A DNA stretch of 64,000 nt from Verrucomicrobiia bacterium. Its GTDB lineage: Bacteria > Verrucomicrobiota > Verrucomicrobiia > Verrucomicrobiales > DEV007. The stretch lies in contig JAGROY010000218.1 of assembly GCA_020439995.1 (NCBI GenBank), positions 2,225 to 66,224 of the forward strand. The letters run 5' to 3'. A program made the translations under genes and the position numbers. The notes below the pieces were generated by a model, which worked only from the letters and a program-made list of their open reading frames with translations, did no database searches and was not told where the DNA came from. Position 1 is the stretch's first letter. The number at the start of each line of letters is the position of its first letter. Below are positions 38,601 to 45,551 of this stretch, one piece after another.

Positions 38601-40983
38601 ATCCGTCAAGGTTATCGATCGCGCTGAAACCAGCGCCAAAACTCATTGTCCCGGCATTCTTTTCACGCAGAGTAATCCCATCACCCGCCCGGGCTGGCTC
38701 GGCCGAAGGCATCACTTCCGCCCCTTCGTTGCCAAATTGTTCAGGACTACGGTCGACGGTCGTGCCAAACAGATCCAGATCTGCGGCAGATCCACTATCG
38801 GCACGTGCCAAATCCTCAACGACTGCCCCGTCATCAAAGGCAACCGCAGGGCCGTTCTCGTTGATTACCTGGTCGGCAGCCTTCAGCTTCTTCCCAAGTT
38901 GAACAACTTCACCCAGCTTCGCCTCAGCTACGATGCCCGAGACAGGAGGCTCAGCTGCCGCAAAAAGCGAGCCTGAGGCTCTGCTCAACGAACGAGCTTC
39001 TTCGCCATCCGCCTCTGCACTGACAGAACTGGCTCGCGGCTGGCTCATCCGTTGAGATTCGGCACCACCACCAGCCATCCCGCCATTCAGCCCGTCCTTA
39101 CTGATTGCAGCAACTGCCGGCTCCGATTCATTCGGGAAAGTCACGCTGGATAGGGATGTGCTCGCGGAACGGAAGGGATAGCGTTGATACTCGCCTGACT
39201 GCGGCTGCGTGGTAGCTTCCGTCAACTCTTGGACGCCTTCGACTTCAGGCGTATACCATGCAAGGTCCGACTTCTCGCCCTCTACTTGCAGTTCAGCCCC
39301 CTTCAACATCTCGCGATCATTCACGAACCCTTCAAACTCGATCACCTCGGGCGCAGCTGCGAGATCAATTGAATAGCCGTCTTGCTTTTCAGCTGCCAGA
39401 CCGGGCCCGTTTCCCAATTCGGTGCCATTTGCTCTCGTCGAATTAGCGGGCGCCAGAACTTCGTAACCCAATTCGACTTTCCCAGCCGTAGAAAACGGTT
39501 CGCTGAATGCATCTCTGGGCACCACTGGCTTTCCGGCGAGCTCAAGGGAATCGACGACGTCGCCAGGCTCGTTAATCCCATACTCCCCTGGTTCAACAAA
39601 GTCGCGCGTGAGTTCCACGCTCGTCTCCTGGCCCGAACGGGTCAGCGTACTTTGCTCAACGAGTTCCCGCTCTGATCTCGCGAAAAAGAACTTGCCCGTA
39701 TTCGCTGGATCACTGCTTTGCTGTCCTGCCGACCGGTCTAAGTGATCGCCGTCCTTATCGTTCTGGGCGACTTGCAATTCGGGGATCCCGGGCTGATCGA
39801 ATTCCCTCTCTGACATTGATCCCAACTGTGCTCCCCCAAGACCTTGGGCCACATCGACGTCGCCTGATTCCTCCACTGGCTCCACCTCTGCGAGCTTGCT
39901 TTCTCCTCCAGCTGGCGACGCATTCTTCGCATCAATGTCCGATAATCCATCGGAGACGCTCTCGTACTCGACAGCGGCATTGGCCACCAATAGGTCATCC
40001 ACACTTTCACCCGTAGTCTGCTCCATTGGCGCTGGCAACACCGGTAATCCAAGCGACACGTCTGCTGCTGCAACTTGTTTGTCGTCCTGCTCGATCGCTG
40101 GCCCAGTCGTTACAGTCGGCTGATCGGCTATCGACTCGGGCATTGCTGGCTGCGATTGTGCGGGAACCAGCGCAAGCTCGCCGCGAACGACCTCATCCGA
40201 TGTCTTGACCGAACCATCAATGTTCATACGCCCCAGCTCGCTGGTCCGGCCACTAGCCTGAAGAGTTGGTCGCTCGGTTTGAGTGATGAGGCTTTCTGTA
40301 TCACCGAGGCTTGTTGCATCCGCGAGCTGCCTGAGTGTTTTGCGGTAGCGGCCCGAACCTTCGGTAGCGGCCGGTGCTGCTGGCGCTTCCGCCAGACCAG
40401 ACGAAGGTGCAGGTCGATACGCCCATTCATCCGTTGTAGCAAAGGTCGTTGTGTCCGGCTCCATCGGCATCACGGAATCGATCGCTGCGGCCTCCTTCGT
40501 CGCTATGAACCTGCTCTGCAAGATAGAACTTCGCGACTGCACAAGTGAAACGACTACGGCGCACACAGCCACCAGCGCAGCGGCAACACCTGGAACACAC
40601 GCTGCCCAGATTTTCCAACTTGCTCCCTTTCGCTCTGGCTCGATGACAGTCACTTCGGCTGCGGCCTCCTCGTCTCCACTGTCGGCAGATTTCAGCCCCA
40701 AGGTTGCCAGCAGTCGCCCCCGGCGCTCGGGGGCGAGACGCCATTGATCATCATCACTCACTGGCTTGCGGGCATAGCTTTCTCCCACGAGCCCGTGCAC
40801 CGCTTCGATTCGGCGCTTGAATACAGCCAGCTCGGGATTGGCTTCCAGCATGCGGTCCAGCTCCGCCCTTTCGAAGTCGGATGCCTCGCCGACGACGGAG
40901 GCAACGATGCGCGCCTCCAGATCGGGATCAATCCACGATTGGATGCCGTCGTCGCCTTGGCCTGGGTTATCGGATGAGTTCAT
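35626..40983 (-). CDS. Giant single-pass anti-sigma-factor-like protein with a C-terminal YfbK-type VWA module
   Basis: About 1785 aa from ATG 40983. The track start at 41037 would overlap the sigma gene by 17 nt.
- The N-terminal cytoplasmic segment has the anti-sigma pattern IVASVVGEASDFERAELDRMLEANPELAVFKRRIEAV.
- One TM (WKIWAACVPGVAAALVAVCAVVVSLV, ~40540..40617).
- A long acidic, low-complexity region, then coiled-coil/TPR-like helices.
- A vWA-N-like segment (STFSLNVSDVAFKLAQSALMKGEWPEPEKVRVEEFVNALDY).
- A VWA domain with an intact MIDAS motif (DNSGS at 36625..36639, plus LMTDGAAN).
- A DUF3520-like C-terminus (YRLIGYEKHRL...VAVYQIEP). Confidence 0.85.
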   Translation of the reverse strand: MNSSDNPGQGDDGIQSWIDPDLEARIVASVVGEASDFERAELDRMLEANPELAVFKRRIEAVHGLVGESYARKPVSDDDQWRLAPERRGRLLATLGLKSADSGDEEAAAEVTVIEPERKGASWKIWAACVPGVAAALVAVCAVVVSLVQSRSSILQSRFIATKEAAAIDSVMPMEPDTTTFATTDEWAYRPAPSSGLAEAPAAPAATEGSGRYRKTLRQLADATSLGDTESLITQTERPTLQASGRTSELGRMNIDGSVKTSDEVVRGELALVPAQSQPAMPESIADQPTVTTGPAIEQDDKQVAAADVSLGLPVLPAPMEQTTGESVDDLLVANAAVEYESVSDGLSDIDAKNASPAGGESKLAEVEPVEESGDVDVAQGLGGAQLGSMSEREFDQPGIPELQVAQNDKDGDHLDRSAGQQSSDPANTGKFFFARSERELVEQSTLTRSGQETSVELTRDFVEPGEYGINEPGDVVDSLELAGKPVVPRDAFSEPFSTAGKVELGYEVLAPANSTRANGTELGNGPGLAAEKQDGYSIDLAAAPEVIEFEGFVNDREMLKGAELQVEGEKSDLAWYTPEVEGVQELTEATTQPQSGEYQRYPFRSASTSLSSVTFPNESEPAVAAISKDGLNGGMAGGGAESQRMSQPRASSVSAEADGEEARSLSRASGSLFAAAEPPVSGIVAEAKLGEVVQLGKKLKAADQVINENGPAVAFDDGAVVEDLARADSGSAADLDLFGTTVDRSPEQFGNEGAEVMPSAEPARAGDGITLREKNAGTMSFGAGFSAIDNLDGLIDNATTNFDSAGLGAAPDGAALGEEVAGEPVDLAGGRIAESLVADESGSLEQLKAKLSAFGRGGSVTGDFDTGVGNAPDGAAILQPETEPRFGEQQSVLEEARGEVGKDALELAETNAAFPLNSSEGDEAKKWQERDPKEERKAFTRYVEAKRAHETAKLLHDDMLSAVATAAVDGPEAPSQEMLAELEELEERVDVTGKEKEALQQEFDIVDLSSNVVDSDTTETGSRQFAAGTVMSRLQAEQEVSNLERELETVVDGKADIKIKLDRFKEALEANFKSNTKLDREMVRLHLARQERDSAQTNGSIPGTVVSNYEVFRENSDHAKSQPESRTSEQRLREARTLELAAKEAILNQDWQSALEKYATVLRLLPDSSADPAVRALRESLIPEYRNTTEKMWRAEVEKSDRNLRALGEEMVMAALDPTNLPADATEDRLRADVENLAAQLETLEALRGDALIEKVLEVAPQSNPFLQNDIRLYQERVPQPQATQQVTEGMAATRERLNEYAADYLKQTRIQLRAANGRLKALKERDNLDDVGEISPEFAPVTTTEELASTNAFSTFSLNVSDVAFKLAQSALMKGEWPEPEKVRVEEFVNALDYGDPAPATGEKVMCRTEQCAHPFMQQRNLLRIAMRTAAVGRGGGQPLRLTILLDNSGSMQREDREASVRRAMEVLAAQLQPNDQVSLLGFARTPRLLADRVSGSDGAKLLAAVDDAPSEGGTNLEEAMRLAAEVAQRQFDDGAVNRIVLMTDGAANLGNADPEELATRVVELRQKGIAFDACGVGANGLNDEVLEALTRKGDGRYYFLDAPEQADSGFASQLAGALRPAAKNVKVQVVFNPQRVGAYRLIGYEKHRLKKEDFRNDAVDAAEMAAEETGVAVYQIEPMADGSGDVGEVRVRFQDVASGRMVEHSWIIPYEENAPTIEVAKPSIQLAGVAAMLGEYLRGGPEASNVDLDALSSLAPGLRSAYGDNVRVNQLIGMIRDAQMAK

Positions 40984-41020
40984 GGTCAGTTGGGGAAAAT
41001 AAAAAATTTGAAAAGGAGGA

Positions 41021-41572
41021 TCAGCAGTCAGCGCCATCGATTCCGGCGCGGCTCAGCGACAGCGCGAGCGACTTGAGCGCATGATGAAGGCGGTAGCCGA
41101 CGTTGCTCACCGTCATGCCGACCGCCTCCGAGATTTCTTTGTAGGATTGCCCTTCGAGGTATTTGCGGCGAACGAGTTCGCCGTCTGGATGCTCCAGCTC
41201 ATCGATGAGCAGGCGCACCATGCCGACCGCCTCCATCCGCCCGAGTTCCCGGTCTGGCGTGTCTTTCTCGTCTGCGCGATCGGCCACGCCGTCGTCGGTT
41301 TCGAACTCGCGTTTGTTGTCGCGCAGGTGGGACAGGGCTAAATTGCGCACCGCCCTGTAAATCCAAGGCCTCGGTTGCTCGACATCGTCCCAGTGCTTGT
41401 GCAACCGCAGGAACCCTTCCTGCACAAGCTCTTCCGCGACGTTACGGCGGCGAACGATCCCGCACGCAAAGCGCACGAGAGCGGCCTCCTCAGCCTCGAA
41501 CAACTCGATCAGGCTCAGTCGGGGTTCAGATGGCTTGGAATCACTCTCGTCGCCGTGCGAGCCTTTAAGCAT
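41021..41572 (-). CDS. ECF-subfamily RNA polymerase sigma-70 factor
   Basis: Start at ATG 41572 (MLKGSHGDES...); the track ORF reaches 41677. Region 2: AEELVQEGFLRLHKHWDDVEQPRPWIYRAVRNLALSHLR. Region 4 HTH: QSYKEISEAVGMTVSNVGYRLHHALKSL. It is immediately followed by the anti-sigma-like gene. Confidence 0.88.
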   Translation of the reverse strand: MLKGSHGDESDSKPSEPRLSLIELFEAEEAALVRFACGIVRRRNVAEELVQEGFLRLHKHWDDVEQPRPWIYRAVRNLALSHLRDNKREFETDDGVADRADEKDTPDRELGRMEAVGMVRLLIDELEHPDGELVRRKYLEGQSYKEISEAVGMTVSNVGYRLHHALKSLALSLSRAGIDGADC

Positions 41573-42003
41573 GGTTAAACTTCCGGTATTCCTCACAAGT
41601 CGGTTGGGTTTTGGCTCAAGGTACAACTTACATCGGAATACCCGCCAGGGATACTGACACCTGCGCGCACGGATCATTAGAAACTTTCCGAAAAATTCGC
41701 CAGATCGCCGACTGGGAGATGAAAATCGCAGAGACGCAGGTCGGAACTGGAATGTCGCCCACCGATCGATGTGAAGAGACTCGAGCGCTCAGCCGAGAAT
41801 TGATGGGGCGGGCGGCGGCATCTGTGTCACCAGTAGGCGAAAGGGAAATTTACGAAGATGGGTAGTCCCACCGCGCATCCGCGATCAACTTTTCCCGAGT
41901 CTCAAGCATTCGTCATCCAACGCCATCACGGACTGGCTCGTGCACCTCACCATGAAGCTGAACTACTTGGGCGACCCGCATCATTGCGCTACCATCCCCC
42001 CGC

Positions 42004-45000
42004 TTACTGTCGGGTCACACGGTAGTAGAATTCCGGAAGTTCCACAGTGTCGGTGAAGCGAGTGGTGGCTCCTTCAGATTCCACTTCGTCATCAATTTCC
42101 ACCCAATTGGGCAGAGTCGCCGTGCCTTCGATGAGATAGGTTGCTCCCGGCTCAGACGTCCATTCAATGGTGGGCGCACCGCCGCTATAGGTAATGTTGA
42201 TGATGGCGATCTCTCCGGATGGTGGTGTCGATCCTGTGAAGAGACGGTCTGAATAAAACAGCAATCCTCTTGCCTCGTCGATCGTGCCGGAGAAGAAATC
42301 AATTCCAAGTAAGTCCGAATTCTCGCCCGTGCCGGCGAAGCCCGAGCCCGCCACGCCAAATCCAGCACCGTTGGTACCACTCCAGTCGCCACCCAGAAAC
42401 GCAGAGTCACTCCCGACGCCCTGACCATTCACAAAGAGAGCGATGGTCTGGTCGCCTGTGCCATTGTCGACATCATAGGTCCACGTCAACTCCAGCGCGC
42501 CTGCGGCTATCTCCTGAGCAGTCAGCGAATACTCGACCGTGGCCAGTGCGAAGCCACCGTCACCCGCCGCACGCAGTACCAGTTTTGATCCTTCTTCGTA
42601 AACGAGGGAAAAACCAATGGTTCCTCCGCCAGTCTCAAAAATAACCTCAATGTCAGGATCTGTTTTAGCATCGAAATCGACAAAGGCACGGAAAGTGACA
42701 TCCAGCACATCTGCTCCTCCATCGAATCCGCTGAAGCTGGGCAAGGTTTCGACTATCTGAGTGATGACAGTTGGCTCGCCCAGTGGATCTGAGGGGACAT
42801 CGGTGGCCACGTTAGGATTCGACCCCTGAGCGACTTCGAACGAATCACTGAACCCGTCGCCGTCGGTATCTACTTTGTTCGGATCACTGGTGGGGTTCCC
42901 TTTAACTTCCTCGCCATCTGTGCGACCATCGCCGTCGCTGTCTGCGACAAGCGGGTCGGTCGCCGGAACCAGATTGACCTCTTCACCGTCGGTCAGGCCA
43001 TCGCTGTCGGTGTCTGCCTTCGTCGGATCTGTGCGTGCTGCCAGCTCGGCCGCGTTACTGAGTGAGTCAGCGTCATTGTCATCGTCAGCACCGGAATCGA
43101 GATTGTCAAAATAGGTGATCTCCCAGAAGTCTGGCAGCATGTCATCATCGCTATCGTCATCAACAACGCTGGTGGCAATCCGCGAAAATGCGTCCAGCGC
43201 CTCGTCCTCAGAGAGAGGGCGATCGTAGACTTTAATCAACGCAATCTGGCCAAAGAAACTGTCAACCTCGAGCGGTGGATCTCCTGCGGTGCCGCCCAAC
43301 GCGCCATCCACACCAGAAGAAAAGTTTGACCAGCGGAATGTGGACGATCGCCCGGCCGGGCTGCCGATTGCCCCATCCATGGTCGCTGAGTCGCTTCCAC
43401 CTGCTGCCCCGCGCACGAACAGTGATGCCCTGCTGTTTGCAGAATCCAGAGCAAGGACGGCATGGACAAAGTCGTCGGTTACATTGATTTGCGTCAGAGG
43501 TATTGTAATATCGATCGAGCGCGAACCCTCCGTGCTATGCCAGAAGTAGATGCCTTCCTCATCGACTGAGAGCGACGTACCGTTCTCACCGCCGCCAGTT
43601 TCAAAGATGATCTGGCGGACGCTGTCCAGATCTGCAGTGCGAAACCAGATCTCGAAGGAGACGTCAGTGAACGCAAATCCATCACCGTTGTCACCGCCAG
43701 TGTCATTGTCAGAGCTGAGAATCTGAAACGCTTTCTTCAAGCTGGTGTTCTCTGAATCCGTCACCTCCACCAGCTCCATGTTTTTCATGTCGTAGTTACT
43801 GAATCCGACGGTGTCCAGCCACGCGCCCTCGGATTGCCCCTCTTCTGCGGCATCGTATCTGCGCACCAGGGCTGCTTCGATTGCATCGACGGTCAGAGTG
43901 AATTCATCACTGATCGTTCCGGTGCCGTTGGTTGCGGTGATGGTGTAAGTGGTCGTCTCTGTCGGCATCACAGTCGTGCTGCCGATAACGGCGACGGTTC
44001 CGATTCCTGGCGTGATGCTCACCTCATCGGCACCAGATGTGTCCCAGGATAACGTCGACTCCTGTCCTGGTGCCGTCACTGCCGGAGTAGCCGTAAAGCT
44101 GTTGATGACCGGAAGCGCGTCCACCACCACGGTCAGATTCTGTGTTACGATCACATCGTCGAAATCCACGGTCAGCGTGTAGGTCGTCGTCTCGGCAGGA
44201 TTCACGACCACGGAGCCCTGCGCGCCCCTTGCCGTCACGTCACCAACGCCACTGATGTTCAGGGTGGTGATCTTGTCGACATCCCACGCCAGTGTCACGG
44301 GGCTGCCAGCTGAAACCGCCCCCGGTGTTGCGGTGAAACTTGCGATCTTCGGGCGCTCCTCATCTGAGATCAAAGTTAGAATCATACTGCTGTTCGTGCC
44401 GGTTCCATAGTCAACGGTGAAGGTATATCCCTGTTCATTGGTAAACTCGGTGCCCTGCGAAAACTCGCCAGAGAGCACGGAGTAAGACATCAGCGTCCAG
44501 GAATCTCCGACAGCGAACGTCCCGCCGAGCGTTATTTTGAGGGTTGCATCTGAATCAATATCCACTTGCAAGCCGTTGGTGCCGTCTGCCTTTTTCAATG
44601 CACCCACATTTGGGCCATCAATCACGTAGGACAATGTTCCATCCGCGCCGATAAAACTTGGATTGGCTTCGTTAAACTTGTTGTTCACCCCGGTAGGCAG
44701 CATCTCCAGTGTGCCATTGATCAGCTCGAAGAACTTGTAGTTTAGCAATTCTCCGCCAACGATCACGGTGCCGACTCCACCATCAAAATCGCCGATGCGA
44801 ACCACCATTCCGCCACCTTGTGACCGATAAGCGGCACCTTGTTCAATGATCAGCGTGCCAATACCGCCATCGCCCACCCCAATGAAAACACCATTATTCC
44901 CGCCATGCGCCCCACTCAGTGTGCCACCCACAACCCGCAAGGTGCCTTGTGTAAACTGGCCGATGAGCACGCCTCCAGGATTCAGACTGTTCTGTGGTGC

Positions 45001-45222
45001 CGTATCTTCTGTGATGGTGCAGTCACCGTTGATGGCAGCTAGCGAGTTGTCAAATGGCACGCCGGCGTCCCAGAGGCTGTCGTCGTTCCAGTTGCCTGTT
45101 CCTTCGAAAATGGTATCCTGAGCAGCTACGAAGGAGGGGAAGAAAGAGAATGCCAGAAGCCAACAGAGGAAAGATTTGGGGAAGACCATGAGATGTTTAC
45201 TGGGAATGTTTCGGGTGGACAC
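42004..45222 (-). CDS. Giant secreted protein: autotransporter-associated beta-strand repeats + 2 Ig-like domains + LamG + TSP3 repeats + LamG-like + C-terminal YYRV module
   Basis: 1072 aa. GTG at 45222, alternative ATG at 45189.
- Signal peptide ...MVFPKSFLCWLLAFSFFPSFVAAQ.
- Gly-rich beta-helix-type repeats (GTLRVVGGTLSGAHGGNNGVFIGVGDGGIGTLII).
- Two tandem Ig-like repeats (SFTATPGAVSAGSPVTLAWD...TTTYTLTV; SFTATPAVTAPGQESTLSWD...TTTYTITA).
- LamG-like block (FEIWFRT...LIKVYDRPLSEDEA).
- TSP3 repeats at ~42830..43130 (DTDSDGLTDGEE..DSDGDGRTDGEE..DTDGDGFSDSFE).
- C-terminus ...TIEWTSEPGATYLIEGTATLPNWVEI...EFYYRVTRQ. Confidence 0.85.
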   Translation of the reverse strand: MSTRNIPSKHLMVFPKSFLCWLLAFSFFPSFVAAQDTIFEGTGNWNDDSLWDAGVPFDNSLAAINGDCTITEDTAPQNSLNPGGVLIGQFTQGTLRVVGGTLSGAHGGNNGVFIGVGDGGIGTLIIEQGAAYRSQGGGMVVRIGDFDGGVGTVIVGGELLNYKFFELINGTLEMLPTGVNNKFNEANPSFIGADGTLSYVIDGPNVGALKKADGTNGLQVDIDSDATLKITLGGTFAVGDSWTLMSYSVLSGEFSQGTEFTNEQGYTFTVDYGTGTNSSMILTLISDEERPKIASFTATPGAVSAGSPVTLAWDVDKITTLNISGVGDVTARGAQGSVVVNPAETTTYTLTVDFDDVIVTQNLTVVVDALPVINSFTATPAVTAPGQESTLSWDTSGADEVSITPGIGTVAVIGSTTVMPTETTTYTITATNGTGTISDEFTLTVDAIEAALVRRYDAAEEGQSEGAWLDTVGFSNYDMKNMELVEVTDSENTSLKKAFQILSSDNDTGGDNGDGFAFTDVSFEIWFRTADLDSVRQIIFETGGGENGTSLSVDEEGIYFWHSTEGSRSIDITIPLTQINVTDDFVHAVLALDSANSRASLFVRGAAGGSDSATMDGAIGSPAGRSSTFRWSNFSSGVDGALGGTAGDPPLEVDSFFGQIALIKVYDRPLSEDEALDAFSRIATSVVDDDSDDDMLPDFWEITYFDNLDSGADDDNDADSLSNAAELAARTDPTKADTDSDGLTDGEEVNLVPATDPLVADSDGDGRTDGEEVKGNPTSDPNKVDTDGDGFSDSFEVAQGSNPNVATDVPSDPLGEPTVITQIVETLPSFSGFDGGADVLDVTFRAFVDFDAKTDPDIEVIFETGGGTIGFSLVYEEGSKLVLRAAGDGGFALATVEYSLTAQEIAAGALELTWTYDVDNGTGDQTIALFVNGQGVGSDSAFLGGDWSGTNGAGFGVAGSGFAGTGENSDLLGIDFFSGTIDEARGLLFYSDRLFTGSTPPSGEIAIINITYSGGAPTIEWTSEPGATYLIEGTATLPNWVEIDDEVESEGATTRFTDTVELPEFYYRVTRQ

Positions 45223-45551
45223 TATGTGAGTGGCGGTAACATCGGCAAGCCAAATCTATTTCTGCGCAAATTGGGCGGCTCGGATTCCGTATGAAATCAA
45301 GGGGGGCGAATGCATTTTGGCGGCCCCTCACGAAAATGGTTATGAGAATCAAAGGGGCAGTCACAATCAAGGCCCAATCGTTTTACCCGAAGGGAATTCA
45401 GCGCTATCCAGACAACGGACTGAAGACTTCGCCCCCCCTCGTCGCTCGACTACTGAAATTTGTTGTTCCAAATGCCTGCTGGATCGTATGGTGTCCTAAT
45501 CCTCAATTGCTGATGATTCTCCATCCTTCGGCCTCATAGTTCGTTTCAGCC

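Noticed and set aside
41573-41677. N-terminal extensions of track ORFs. Examples are sigma to 41677, the 2.3-kaa gene to 35598, accD to 2982, paralog 2 to 16468, MMPL to 20999, the Ig-like ORF from 20782, and the giant + strand gene from 56611.
   Set aside because: In each case an internal ATG immediately precedes a canonical signal peptide, TM anchor or conserved N-terminus. The upstream codons look non-native or intrude into divergent promoter regions. The shorter starts were verified as ATG in the sequence but remain predictions.
41573-41720. An ECF-type autoregulatory promoter upstream of the sigma gene (GGAAAG ... CGTG on the minus strand).
   Set aside because: The spacing between the -35-like GGAAAG and the CGT element is only ~12 nt, against the ~16-17 nt expected. 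No better candidate was found by eye, so I did not call a promoter.
41611-41865. An 84-aa + strand ORF in the gap upstream of the ECF sigma gene.
   Set aside because: It has no signal or motif and partly overlaps the sigma gene's upstream region. Its composition is unremarkable. It is most likely a promoter/leader region rather than a gene.
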